NCBI RefSeq assembly: GCF_000150275.1
Contig: NW_002060948.1
Coordinates: forward strand, 4,696,336-4,760,335
Direction: 5' to 3'
Origin: Trichoplax adhaerens
Taxonomy: Eukaryota > Animalia > Placozoa
Length of the DNA stretch: 64,000 nucleotides
A program made the translations under genes and the position numbers. Shown in pieces: positions 13,401-27,222 of the stretch. Each line of letters begins with the position of its first letter. Within the stretch, counting starts at the first letter, position 1. Below the pieces are notes generated by a model. It worked only from the letters and a program-made list of their open reading frames with translations, did no database searches and was not told where the DNA came from.

Positions 13401-16400
13401 GGCCGCTCCAGAGAATAAGACCATGAAGATTGAATGTTTTAAGTTGTAATTCAATTGTGTTGAAATTAAATTCTTTTTCACTATTAGGAATAAATCAATT
13501 AAAGCCGTCACTATTATAGACACTTTGACTATTAGAAAAATTATATTATAGAATAAATAAATTAGGGTAAATCATAGTTATAGCTTTAAATATGCAGCGA
13601 ATTTACTAGTTTAGGAGAGTAAAATTGATGGTACTACACTAACTCTGCCGAAATATTATTTCTTAGCGTGTAAACGTTGCCACCATCGAAGGCTACAGAG
13701 GGACCAAATACCTCTAAAAAGTAATTATACATCATTGATTTATTGAAGTATACTTGTAATATATGTACATCAGTTTACTGATATTTTTAAAAGGCGAGAT
13801 GGAATTTCACGTTCAATTTACCAATATACAACTTCATTTATTGTATGCGCTAAAATAATATGATGGAGCCTATTAAAATCTGCCAAACCTATTGCTTGTG
13901 AACAATTTTCGCCAGTATAATATTGTGGGCAATTACATAAATATCCCTGAACACCAAGACTACACTGTGCACCATTTTGGCACGGCTTTCTTTGGCAATC
14001 ATTACATGAACTAACGCCGGCACCATATATAGCATCTTTAACCAGTTGTTTCTCTTGTCCGTTAATAGTGACCTTCAATTGATTTTATTTCGAAAATTGA
14101 AAACGTAAGAGAAATTCATTTTCTTTAAATATTATTCAATAGATAAATTCTATTTGTAATTACCGACTCAATACAGCCTACTAAACCAGTCTTAATCTTT
14201 GTTTTGGAATTCATAGCAGCAAAATTCGGATGACCACCAAAGTAAAACGGTGCAAACAAACTTAACAAGACGAAGGAGCCCTACGAAAAAGTTATACTTG
14301 TTATGCTTATAAGGTGATCCAATAATGCTCAACGTTTAAAAATACTAAAGTATTTACTAGACCTAGTTTTTAAACTGCTAATCTCTCTGTAGCTAAGAGG
14401 CGTCAATAGCAATGTTGATTACAATAAATGTATAAAAAAATGATTCGTTCAAATAATGCATAATTGAGTTTATATTATATCATGAACATTAAACAATCTA
14501 CCATTAATAGTTATCCTTTTGAAAAGTAGCTTAATTATCACGAATAGTTAACAAATAGGCTTTATTTTTTATTCACCAAATCTTAAGATTATGAAAATTT
14601 ACGGAACATACATTAGTTTAATTCTTTATACAATTTAAATATTTGATAATAGCTGCATCTATTAAAAGCACTGAAATATTTTAATCTTCCGTGGTACTCA
14701 ATGGTGGATGTTTACCTGATATACACTAAAAATTTACTAGTTATTTTAATTTTACTATAATTTGAAGTGCATTTAGACTCATGTATGAATAATATACAGC
14801 TCGATCAATTGATTAGAGAAACTAGCATTGCAGTTCAATCCTGTAAAGTATACTACATCTTTAGGGACTACATCAGCAGGGTCTGTTTATGTAATAAGAA
14901 ATTCATAGCTCAATTTATAACGTTATGAAGATTAATTCTAGAAGCGCAGTTGCGATATAATACGCAAAAAGCTTCAAATTAGTATATAGCAATATATAGT
15001 TACCGAGGCAATTCCTCTAACTTCGGGCTGCTGGTCAATTCTCATAGTACCATAACGACCATTTCGTGTGATATTAATGTCATGACTATTATTCAGTGTA
15101 AGCGGACTAGCACTCCTAAAATTCAAATAAATCGTCTTTCTTTTCAAGTAAAACCAAGAATAAAATTCATACTAAAGATGAAACTTTCAAATTAATTTAT
15201 AATCCTAAAGTAAGTTGTGTTGGAGTTCTTTTACTTTACCTAATAACTGCCGTTCCGGAACCCAAATCAAATCTAAATTCCAAATAACCTTCCACTAAGT
15301 TCAGCAATATAAAATCTCCTCTATTGTCTTCTCGTTGTGAGCCATAAAATATTAGCCCATTTGGCTTGAGAGGTTTAACTTTTAAATTAATTGTGACAGA
15401 AGATGCTGCAAAATAATCGCTTGTTTTATCCGTATATTCCAAATACGACTGGCCACCAAAGTAGGGACTAAATGGGCTAGATTGCAATACTAGGTCAAAG
15501 AGATGTCCCAAAGCAATGCATATGTATTAGTATTTGTAGAAGCTCAGAAATTTTATTAAAAACTTCATATTTAATTTAAATTTTGCTTCAATATATTTAT
15601 AAACCTTGGTCGCAACGCTGTCCTATTTTCCCTAATGGACACAAGCATTTCCATGAATCAGATTTTCCAGCCTCATGAGTGCATGTTGAGTTAGCTGGAC
15701 AAGGGTTAGAGGCACAAACTGAGACAGCAGAGCGACGTTCACACAGTAAACCAGCATAATCTGTTGGGCAAGCACACTGAAAATATCGATTGCCTGTAAT
15801 GGTAATGAAATCCAGGGCTTTCTTTAGTTAAGAACAGTCTACAAGACGTAAATGTCAATCGATAGAATTGTTTTATAATTAATTACCACTCAGTGGACTA
15901 CATCCACCCCCATTTTGACATGGGTTTGGGGAGCAAGGGTTTTTTGCAACACATCTTGTTAATTGATAATAAGATACAACATTGTCTGGCTTATTGGATG
16001 ATGGAACATTTAAGTTATATTCAATATTATTAATATCTAATGATCGAATGCAACCCCCAAAGTTTTGATTCATTTGTATTCGACTTCGAAATTGGTTTGA
16101 TCTGAAAACGATAAAGACTTGCATGAAGAAGTTATGATACAACATTAAAAAAATTAGTGGGATAAAAGGTTTCAGAAAAAATATAAACAGGATTAAAAAT
16201 CCTGTTCAAGTTATGGTCTTATTGAAACCAATATTACCAATTAGGAGTGTTTGATTATATAATTACAAAGCGATATAAATGTCTTACGTTGATAAACCAG
16301 ATGGTAAAGTGCCTAGATAAATATCAGTTAGTGAATTCAGCTCGGATAATGAACCTGGAACTTTACCCACCACCGGAGGTTCCTCATTTACTTGTATCGT

Positions 16401-19167
16401 AAAATCTCTCCCTGATCGTTTGACAGTTGCCCGATACCATCGATTAACTTCAACTGCTATTTTACTTGATGCAGTTCCTTTACCACTACCTAATTCGAAA
16501 CTAATATAGAAGAAGGAAAGGAGCATTGACATTTACAAGTTAGTTTATTAGAGAAAACAAACATACTACTAATTTAAAGATAAATTTCCAAATTCAATTT
16601 TTTTGGTTTCTACGTAAATCGATCCTGAAATACCTTGCTTCGATATACCGCGAGCGAAGGGACAGGGCAAAATAGTCCCCATTAGATGAAACTAGATTAC
16701 CTCCAATTAATATGAGACCATCAAATACTGATGGCATAAATTCGATTGTCAAATTAACTTCTCTATCCCAAGTTGACGTATTTTTAAATCGAATATAAGA
16801 ACCATCATGAAATGACGGGATTGCATCTTGTTGATCTATAACAATTTATTGATACCAGGGTTATGACTAACTTAAATTTCATAATTTGATGTTAACTTGG
16901 ATATTGAATAAGATTACGATATTTATTGTTACCAATATCTATGCTAACTTTATTGCTAAAAATGTTATTATTTTAGATATTTACCTTGGTGGCAGTAAGT
17001 ACCGGTATAACCAAGGGGACATTGACAAGTGTAGTAGCCAAAAGTTCGGTTTAGACATTGACCATTTTGGAAACATCGGAATGTGCGGCAATCGGTTGCA
17101 TCTGAGGCTGTTTATGAAAGTAGGTGAAAGTTAAATTTAGGTTAAATTTTCATATTTTATCTGCAATATCTATAGCTACTCCAGCATCCAACAAGATGCT
17201 TCATCGAAGCCATAAAGACATAGATTGAATCTTTTCTACTTTTCGTAATGTTAAGTGTAGTAGTAATTTTATGTATAAAGGAAAGGATTAATAAAATGAA
17301 AAGAACAAATTGATGAATAGCAGAATTAATGGATCAACATACCGCATTCTCCACCATAGCTTTTAATGACGGTGATATTATTTTGACAAGAATCTTGTAT
17401 CATATGGCATTGCGTGTAGTAAGTCTTATTATTATTACCGCAAATGGGATTGTAATATAATGAGCACACATTCGTAGGGCATCGGCAAGTCGGATTATTA
17501 TCGGTTATTCCATTACTTTCCAATCGACAGATTGAATAGTTCTCGCATGTAATATTATTGCAAGGATTAGCTGTATCTAAACAATAAATCATAATCAAGT
17601 TTAGATTACCTAAGCATTAATACTAACGTCATATACATATGTTCTACAAAGAAGGAATTGCTTACCACAATTATCTCGCGGTAAGATGTTTAGTTGGGTC
17701 CCTGTTAGGCACGACTGACGTTCTAATTGGCATGTATTTGAATAGACTTTCAAATCGCTCGCGCATACAGGCTCTGACTTGGTTAAATTATGACAATCTA
17801 TACAAGAACATTGGCCCTCTTGAATTTCGTTACTACAGGTAGCACCCATGCGACAGACAATTTCTGAGCAGGTTCTGACTTTGGAATCTAGCTGATGATC
17901 TCCTGTTGGATCTAAAAATTTCAAAGATATCAAGATTTACTTCGTGTTGCTATCAAAGCCAGAACAGGCACTACTACCATAAATCGAAATTTATTAATAT
18001 TAATCAATGAAATTGTTTTTCGAAAGACACTAGTTTTATCTGTCTACGCTGCATAATTAATTACAATTAGTACAGTATAATTGGCATGCAATGATTGTAT
18101 ACTGTAATAATGTAAGGTAGAGATGACCTACTTTGTCTAATTCTACTTTCCTTAAATCAATCCAGCATCATGCAGTAATTACTTTAAGTTACTCGAAGAT
18201 ACATTCTTATTTCAAGCCGTAAGAGGAACTGCTATCGTTTGGAGACTAGACAATTTTTATAAGTCAATCCTGTAAGTGTTGAATTCTTGAACCAAAACGA
18301 TCATTGTATTTTACCGGATAGTAATATATAGCTAGTAACAGTGTTAAATTATAATTTATAACAATGATGATTCGAAAGGCGATAGGATGAAATTCTAAAT
18401 TGAATTTTAACGATCTCTAGACTGATTCATATTTGATGTTTATAATTGGCTGTAAAGGACATTGCTACGGTAGCTTATATTTGACCTTTGATATGTATTT
18501 CGAAATAAGATTTCGATCAAATTTCTAAATTTTTTTCTACTAAGAGAGGTTTTAAGGAATAGCTGCGAAATTTATCATGCAATGATTTACAATCACGGTC
18601 TTTAATGAATAGTATGTAATATTGGTGTCCGAGTTTTAACGACAACTTTTGATTGACTTTAATGAACGTGTAGGGCCCAATCTTCATATGTAGCATGCTG
18701 CGTTAGCATACCCGTAATATACGCGCAATATACAAAATCCAATATCGTATTGTACTATATACAGCAGTAAATTTACCTTGAACGGCAGTTCGTATTAATT
18801 TTAATCGTTCCTCAGTAACATATTCGAACGATGTGGAAAGGACATATTTTTGGCTACTGCCATTAAATAATAGTATCCTGGTGTCATTAGTGTTAACATT
18901 TGAACGGCATATTCTGGTATTGCCAAAGTTATCAATAGTTATTGATAGCGGTAGAGACAAACGTGGCGGCTTAAATACTTCAATCACCTCAACATTGCTG
19001 GAATAAGTTGGCTGTTGTTGATTTCGATTGATATTGAGAACTTTGGCAGTGATAACATAGTCCGCATTGCTAATTCGTTGCTGTAACGGTGAAGGTGAAC
19101 ACCTTTGACTGCTGCTAGAGATTGCTATCGTAGCTAAGTAGATGAAAATAAATTCTTTAAACAGCAT
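7468..19167 (-). CDS. AGRN: Agrin-like ECM protein: signal peptide, NtA, 2 follistatin/Kazal, EGF, LamG, 2 EGF, LamG, EGF, 4 LamG (multi-exon)
   Basis: ATG 19167 gives signal peptide MLFKEFIFIYLATIAISSS, then NtA (CSPSPLQQRISNADYVITAKV...CRSNVNTNDTRILLF, exon ends 18777). Kazal/FS exons 17666-17911 and 17343-17576; EGF exons near 17.0, 15.7-15.9 and 13.9 kb; six LamG modules with F/YNLGSG..W and Y/F-x-GC motifs; last exon ends NISLPRCQ* (TAA 7470-7468). Confidence 0.85.
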
Positions 19168-20459
19168 CTTATGCTGTTTAAGTTAATATCAATGAAGACG
19201 GTAAATGATCTTGTACTGTTTCCTGTAATGCTATTATTCCTTTAAATATTTCAAAGAATACTTTGATCTTCAGAAAATTGTTCACGTGGTCAAATCAGTA
19301 GGAGATCATGTTTATTTTATGCCATCGCAACACAAATTTTACATACTTTAACTAAAGAAAAATAATCGTGTACGCGCATAGCACCATTAGCACTCTGAAT
19401 TTGCGTTCATTTCCAATACTCCTATAATTCAAATTCAGGGGTAATTCGCTTTTCTTCAAATGATTTATACAGTTTTATTCAAGTTGCAATACCTTGCTTT
19501 ATTTATTACAGGTACATCAGCTTGATTCATAATAACAGATATTAGATGTTAATAATATTGATTGTCCGTAACTTGGGGTCCAGTTTTATATTACTGATTA
19601 ATATCAAAATGCATCTGCTACTCAATATGATCAAGCCACCTTGTAAAACGTTGGTAAATTGTCACATTAGAACGAACCTGGTAAAAGACCTGAAATCACC
19701 CATGTTTTAGGGGCTTGATCTTATTGCTACTATTTCGTAGAGCTCCTGCATGGTACAATAAACCAATGCATTGCAACATTAATTTTATAGTTCACGCTAA
19801 ATATTCTCTGCTTTACATCGCTGTAGGTGTTTATACGTCACTGCATACTGATACGCTCGTATCGTGCGGTCATTAAATATGTACTGAGAGCTAGAACTTG
19901 AGTATGCTATTTAACTGTAACTAGTTTCAATTCCTGCCACTTCGCTGTCAATTGACTGCCGTTGCATGCCTAGTATCCTATTTAGTTTTCGACTACAGCA
20001 TCCATACTGCGGCAATATGTACGACTGCTGACATTGGCAGTGCAGAACTGCAGCTTACTTTCAACATTATTTAATTAGTAATTATATAATTAATTTCACT
20101 ACATTCCATATTGTCGTACGAGTGTTGTCGAGAAGCTAAATATAGGAGAGTCACCTTTCTTGGCGTCTACGTTCCATGACACTAAGCATGCTATCGCAGT
20201 AGCATAGTACTGTACTGTACAGTATGCTAGGGACCTTCATTTGTAGTTTTTCGCACGCGGTCAGTAAATTATTTGGGTCAACTTTGATCCAACTATTTCA
20301 CAGGCAATGCGGCTTCTATGGTTGTGGAATAGCTCCGTAAAATCTTTCTATACTCGTATGGTATGGATGCTGCAGGCTATAAAAATGTGAACAGATGAAT
20401 GCTAGTTGTGTCAATCTCATCGTTTTGCATTTCTCTGCGGTGTTGCCATCGAAGTCAGC

Positions 20460-20720
20460 TCTGTATTCTACAGTACAAATGCATTGAAGATGTACTGTAC
20501 TGAAATTCCGGTGAAACGGTATTTCTGGATACAGTACAGTACAGTATGTGATGGGGAAATGACTGGATCTACAGTATTGCACTGTACAGTACTGTACTGT
20601 ACAGTACTGTACAGTACAGCCTGGTTACTAGCAGGGGCTGTACAGTGTACTGTACACTCTCAGTGTACAGTACTGTACGATAGCCATTAAAACGAAGTGG
20701 ATAGTACTGTACAGTACAGA
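20460..20720. repeat. (CAGTA/TACTG)n pentamer array upstream of agrin
   Basis: For example ACTGTACAGTACTGTACTGTACAGTACTGTACAGTACAG at 20581-20619; mixed orientations give palindromic TACTGTACAGTA. Confidence 0.85.
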
Positions 20721-21929
20721 AATTCTTTCAAATCTATCAGTACCATAGAGGTTTTTACCTCCATGATTCGATATGTCAAGTCGCAACGGTCATGATCGTG
20801 AAATAGATTTGTTGATCGTTTGTTGTACTGTACATAGTCAAAGGAAAAGAGATTGCACGCGGTTAGGCTTTGTCTTTGTTACTGGACCACATAACTTTTA
20901 TGCAAAGTATGGATATGGATTAGGGATCTTCTAAATCGTTTCTTTTATTTTCATAAGAGAAATCATACATTGTATCATATATTCGTATTAGTACATAATG
21001 GACGTGCCATACAGGTTTAAATTCGCCTTTTCTTTGACCTACAGTACATACTACATACTGTACTGTACTATATTGTAGCTTTAGAACTTTTCTCCGCAAG
21101 CTGACGCTGACACCTATGGCTTGAACTTCGTGATGAAAGCACGCGGTATCAAACACAGAAAAGACAATTTACTGTACAATGTTGCGACTTTTATGACGTT
21201 GAATTACGCTGCAGAAAAGCAAATTGATCTGCGTGAGTTTTTGAAGTCGGGATCATATGTAATATTGTCCTTAAATAGAGCTTTCAAATGAATTGACTGT
21301 CAATCAAAACTCATCGAAACAATAATAATTTAAAATATGGAATTAAATTCTCTTCCTTGAGTAGCGGGATATAGTTAGAAATAAGGCAGTACACACGTAG
21401 CGTGGCTTTTAAAAATTCATTGCTAATGCTATCGTAGTTGAGAGGTCCCTTCTCCTAGCACAAATGTACAGCACAGCATGGGCGTATGTTACGAGGAAGG
21501 CCACTTACAGTAGTGCAATTAGTGCTATACACTGTACGTGGTTGTGATGATACAGTAATTACAATGATAAATAAATGACACGGGTTACTAGGCGATTATC
21601 GCAATTGCTGGCACGAAATGGTATGCTTTCAATGAAAACACTGCTACTCATCGGGGCTAATAAAATTTAATTTATAACTGTTAAAGCCAAGGTTCATTTA
21701 CATTTATTTATTTATTATTTTATTATTTACAGTAAACTTTATAAACCCCTTAATTAGTTTTAGAATGTTTCTATTGACGGTTTTCAATATCTATATCTAC
21801 CTTATTTACTCTACAGTACAAATGGTAGTGTTCGACACATTGGCATCACTTTTTACGGTACATCATACGGTGAGGCAGTTGCGGGAAAATGAACACATGT
21901 TTCTGGTATTTCTTTGTTCTCCTTCACAC

Positions 21930-22082
21930 ACTGCACTGTACTGTACTGTGCAGTATCTCGGACACTACTAAATACTGTACTGTACAGTACATGATATTGT
22001 ACACTGTACTGTACACTGTACACTGTACAGTACAGTACATGATACAGTAGCGAAACTTCTTTCTTTTATGTACTGTACAGTG
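21930..22082. repeat. (CAGTA/TACTG)n array upstream of the acidic repeat-protein gene
   Basis: Dense TACTG, TACAG and TGTACA units directly 5' of a GC-richer leader and the ATG at 22529. Confidence 0.85.
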
Positions 22083-22528
22083 TATTTATCAATCTATGAT
22101 TTCAACAATGGACGTCATTTGAATTGTCACGAACGTCACGGTCTTGCGTAAAAGATTAAAGTGGAAGGGCCCGGGCTGGCTCGGCTAATGTTTGTTTCTT
22201 TCATCTGGAACGCAGTCATTCACCCGCCATTCACAGTCACAGACGACTGACAGTAAATCAATACAGCAAGGTTGGACTCTGGCCACTTCATTCGCGCTCT
22301 TGCCTCTTGTCTGCTCCTTGATCCATTCACGCACGCTCGTAATAATTGACTGCATTGTTGACAGGCGATGCTTGCATGGACTTATCTTCTTGTTGTATTG
22401 TACCCAAACGCAACGCTAGGCATCCCCTTTCTTAAAAGCTGTTGCATTGTTTCAAATTCTTTCCTCATTTGCACCCAGCAGCTGCAGCCAACAGAAAGCA
22501 AAAAACAAGAACTCGCTCGACGGTAATC

Positions 22529-25500
22529 ATGGCGGATTCAACTGAAACACTTCGACGAGACAATACAATGGTTGCAACAGCAAAGGTTAGAAAATAGACT
22601 GGATCATTGAACGCAGTAATATCTTAAAATTATGGTCACACATCTTAACAAAAATCATCATTAACGCCTGTGTTCATAAATGACATTGCAAATGCTCACG
22701 CTTTTTTTTGTTTGCGTATAACCTAATGTATAGTATATCAATGCAGTTATTGAGTTATCGAGTTTATATATAGTTATATACAGTACTGTACAGTACTGTA
22801 TGGTGAGACTAATAATACATCAATAAGCAAGCGTTCTTTATGCATATTCAGTACTTTCGTTGTAACCGTAGCAGTACTGTACTAACCTATCCTGCTTTGA
22901 GATTCTTTGTGTTTTACGATTTTATTCGACGGTACTGTAGTACAATGCTGCGTGAAAGTTAGTATAAATGCTTTGTGTATAGCAGCAAAGATGCGAATTT
23001 TGTGCTAAAGATACTTAAGTAAAGACACCGGGAATATTTTTAATTTAGTAAGTGCAAGTACTATTCAGGTTAAGCAAAAATCATCAACTGTAATCTAGGT
23101 TTTGAAGTTTATGCTCAATATACTGTATACGCATTGGATCAAAATACGTATTTACAGTAATTTAATCATTACTCAGAACGGTATATTTAACTTTTTCACT
23201 GTAATCACAAGTTATTGAGAGCATTGAATTTGGTAAAATTAACAATTTGTATTAATATTCCTAGGAAGGTAAAGAATTCCTAGGTGATCAGATCGAATTG
23301 AACGCAAAGACCCGTGGTCAGCAGAAAGACTTGGAAAGTGTTAGTCAGGATATTGATTCTCCTAGTAAATTATTGCGAAAGAGTACAATGGCTGCTACCG
23401 TTGAGGTATGACGCTGCAGTATTTTGATGATTTGATTATCGAAAAATACAATATTTGATGACACTTATACGAGAATAATCAACCGTTCTCAAAGCCTTGG
23501 TAGAAGCTATTGAACGACTGAACACTCCGTATAATTTAATGCGTACCTCGTTCATATTTCTTAAGTTGGTGAAATATTGCTTTTATCGTTTGTACTGTAG
23601 CGTACTTTTCGTACACCGTAGTACAGCACTGCTGGTGTCAATTCGGTACAGTGCATGCTATTTAATACAGTGATATAGTACACTCAGATATAAAGTTGAT
23701 TGTTATAACTAAAAATAATAACGGGAGACATTCAATTCTTAAAATAAATTCTTTTCATTAGAATTTTCGTTATGCACGCAATAAAAATATCATAACATTC
23801 ATGGTACGGTTACATTTGTGCATGCACACTCCATACCGTAGCATAGTTATTTATTATTTTATTTACAGCGCTGTTGTAGTTTGCTTATTCAAAAGCTCCT
23901 TAATTAAGTATATAATATACAAAATATCGTATTTTAGGAGACCGTAACTTATTTATTTTTAATCGGTTGCTAGAAGAAATTTGGAATAAATGGATATGGA
24001 TAACGCTGCCGATACTTACCAATTCGTTTTTATCTGTCATCATAAACAGTTTTAGACTCCTAAATCTAGGCAGGCGCGACGTACTTAACAGTTTACAGCG
24101 CTATGCGTGTGTTGGCGTGTAAAACCAAACTTGAAGTAACAAATTCTTTTTATCTTTCTTTCGGTTCTACAATAAATTGTTAATTACACTACTGTAAATG
24201 ATAGTGTAAAATATCCGGGTATAGTACTAGTAGTCCATGACAGTACCGGACCGTGCCGTACTCTACGTATAACCGTATAGTTACGCAAACAGCAATACCG
24301 TACAATGTATGCAAACTTAAAAAGAAAGCGTTTTTTTACCTCCACGAGTATTACTGTACAGTACTGTAGTTGAAAAATATTATGTAGACACTGACTTGAC
24401 TTTCGAATTTGTCTTGAGTGGCTGTTAATCAATCACAAAATGAACAGAAAATCTAATTGCGAGTTGTTTTTCTTATCTCATGATAGGAAGGTGCAAAATT
24501 AATAGGTGAAGAGAGACTTAGCCGAACTAGGGCTCAGACTGCGGGTGAGACTGGTGAAGAAGATGAAAAAGAATCTACCCCTGCGCTGAAGCGGGATTCG
24601 ACTATGGCAGTGACTGCTAAGGTGCAACAAAAATTGATTTCACGTTTTAAAGTCCTGTACTGTATTATACTGTACAGCTGTATGTCAAAGCTTTCAAGTT
24701 TTGATTCGATTTATTTTATTCATTATGTGTTGATGCCAAGTTTCGTCGTATATAGTCCTACTAATTATGAATGATTTACAACAATGCACCCGACTGTGCA
24801 ATACCAAAGCGTTACACTACGTGTGTGTTGTTAACAATGTATTGTTGTCTTTTAACCTGTCAAAAACGCAAGTTAATAGTGCCTAAGATTCTGTTGCAAT
24901 AATACTGCTCATAAACTCGTATCAGTTCTTATAAATGGAGGGTCTTGCAAAAATGAAATCGTATTACTGTACCATGCACTACAGTACTACGTATTATATA
25001 AGTGTTTATATAGTTAATGCAGCAGTTTTGTATCCTAGCGATAAGATGACCTTGACGAAATCATGTCTCGTTAGTTGCATCCGTCAAGTACTGGAATTCT
25101 AGTTCGTATAATATTGATCCTTAATCAAATTAGTAATTTGTCTGCAATGTCGTCTAAATTTCATTATTTTTATTCGTTGTACAATATGTCATATTTCAGA
25201 TATGTTTTGTATTTCGCTGTGCTCAGTATCGTTTGCATGATAATCTAGTTAGCGCTGCAGCTACTGAGCACTGAATATGGTACATTCGTTGTAAGATTGC
25301 TTACTTTATTAGCTTTAAAACTGCGATGTCTTATATTAATATGGACGTAAATAAATGCAGGAAGGTAAAGAATTTCTTGAGCGAGAGAATTATACTGAGA
25401 CCGAGCCTAATAATGACGAAGCGGCAAATGATGATGAGAAGGAAGAAGAAAATGGTCATTCCTTGAAAAGAAAAACGACAATGGAAGCAACAATTGCCGT

Positions 25501-26142
25501 AAGTACTCAGCATTTCTTAGTAGTAAACATTTGGCACACAGTAAACAAAGGATGCCATTGTTGGTCGTCTATCATACAGTACTGTACTGTACCATTCAGT
25601 ACTGTATAAGTAGTAGTCTCTACTGTTTGCTCCAGTCTTGCGAGTACATTCTCGTGAATAGTGAGTGCGTGACTAGGAGCAGATCTCGTGACTATTTATT
25701 ATTTTCAGTCAGTAAAAGAGTCTACAGTATGTCACGGTTTTATGTGTACTGTATGGTATTGCCATACTGTAGTGATTGACTGATTGATGATTAATTTTGT
25801 TAAGTTGATAGCGTAGTACTGTATTTATTTAAGGAAATTGTGGTCGCTATAAATATTTCTAGTTTTAATGGAGCTACAATATTCGAGCTCTACACGGGCA
25901 TATTACTAGAGGAAAAATATTACAATAGTATCGTACCGTACAGTGGTAGATCTTGTTCTAATGCAAATGTTGTTAAATATTGATATATATATGTGACATT
26001 AAGAGCACATAATTGCTTACAACACTTTCAGGATGCAGAATCGTTCATGAAGCGCGCGAAGGGCAGTGAAACTGATACAATAAAGGAAGAGGAAGAAGTA
26101 AAGGCTGATAATGGAAATGATAATGGAGACGATCAAAGTTAA
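22529..26142 (+). CDS. Uncharacterised 193-aa acidic protein with four LxRxxTMxxTxx-[ED][GA]xx[FL] repeats, 5 exons
   Basis: Exons 22529-22585, 23265-23405, 24487-24621, 25361-25498 and 26032-26142; all introns are GT-AG, phase 0. Protein: MADSTETLRRDNTMVATAK|EGKEFLGDQIELNAKTRGQQKDLESVSQDIDSPSKLLRKSTMAATVE|EGAKLIGEERLSRTRAQTAGETGEEDEKESTPALKRDSTMAVTAK|EGKEFLERENYTETEPNNDEAANDDEKEEENGHSLKRKTTMEATIA|DAESFMKRAKGSETDTIKEEEEVKADNGNDNGDDQS*. Confidence 0.85.
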
Positions 26143-26997
26143 AAAGACCACTCTGAGCTAATTAACATGGCGTTATAAGTTGTAGTAGTAGACCTTTAGC
26201 AACGATTCCATTTGTTTTACCTTATAGCGTTCGAGCTTCGCCAGTATTGGTTAATAACTTGTCTTTAGTAACTTGTATAAACATTCAACCATAAATATTA
26301 TTAACATGTAAACGGTAAACTGTATCAAAGCGCAGTATCTACATTGTTTCTAGGTTTAGAGCGCATATTAATAAATTGTTTTCGATCTCATTATGCTACA
26401 GTACATCATTCTTTTCTCGTCACAAACATAGCGACACCTTGCAAGAAATTTATAAATAAGCGTATAAATCATCGTGTAAGATTGGAGTAAACTCCACTCA
26501 TTATAAATCAGTGAAATATTTTATCAACTGCAAATCTAATCAAAGTATCATCAGGTAGATTTCTCTTCAGTGAATTTACTATTTCTTTTTTCTGCCGACT
26601 GAGTAATGAGTCATAGGTATGAGTGCGTGCTTTGTGCTGAGTACTGTACAATACCAAGTAATACAGTATTATAATGATCAGAAAATCCTGTTCTTACGGA
26701 ATGGCGTGCTGGTTAAGCCAGTGACCAATAACTATATTTCGAGTTATCTTGGGATTTGAGCATGTGTACTAGACCGATTTACTTAACTAGCTCCAATCCG
26801 TCTGATATTGATACTGTTGCATAGTGTTGAAGGATGAAAGGTCTGCAAAATGAGTAAAGACAGATATCGAATAAAATCCTTACGCGATACTACAAACAAA
26901 GTGTTCTAAACGTTGAGCAGTTTTCATTCACGACAACTGTTTTACACATTCAACTACTGTATATTCGTACTCATGGCAGTGGTTTCAGTTCTTCAGC

Positions 26998-27170
26998 GCG
27001 TACAGTATACGGTACAGTACACAGGGACAGTGTCCATGGTACTGTACTGTACACTACAGTATCGTCAAATCACTGAATGTACAGTACAGTACTGTATATT
27101 GTATACAGTATTGTGTACTGTACAGTACTGTACTGTGCTTTCTATTTAAAGTAATGTACTGTACGTGTAG
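26998..27170. repeat. (CAGTA/TACTG)n array upstream of MRPS14
   Basis: Repeated TACAGTA and TACTGTA units ending about 50 bp before the ATG at 27223. Confidence 0.85.
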
Positions 27171-27222
27171 ACTGACCACCAAGAGACCATAGCAGTAATT
27201 TGCGGAGGACATATTTTTCAAG

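Noticed and set aside
20155-20240. Minus-strand ATG and donor as the agrin signal-peptide exon
   Set aside because: The ATG frame is not signal-like and its phase does not fit the NtA exon. ATG 19167 already gives a good signal peptide, so this segment is more likely 5' UTR.
20460-20720. CRISPR or satellite interpretation of the pentamer arrays
   Set aside because: No repeat-spacer periodicity, no cas genes, eukaryotic context; the arrays are short and of mixed orientation.
20316-21971. ORF-track ORFs rich in YCTVLYSTVQ (also at 26913-27278, 31980-32324, 38773-39006, 51966-52277)
   Set aside because: These are translations of stop-poor CAGTA/TACTG arrays, not proteins.
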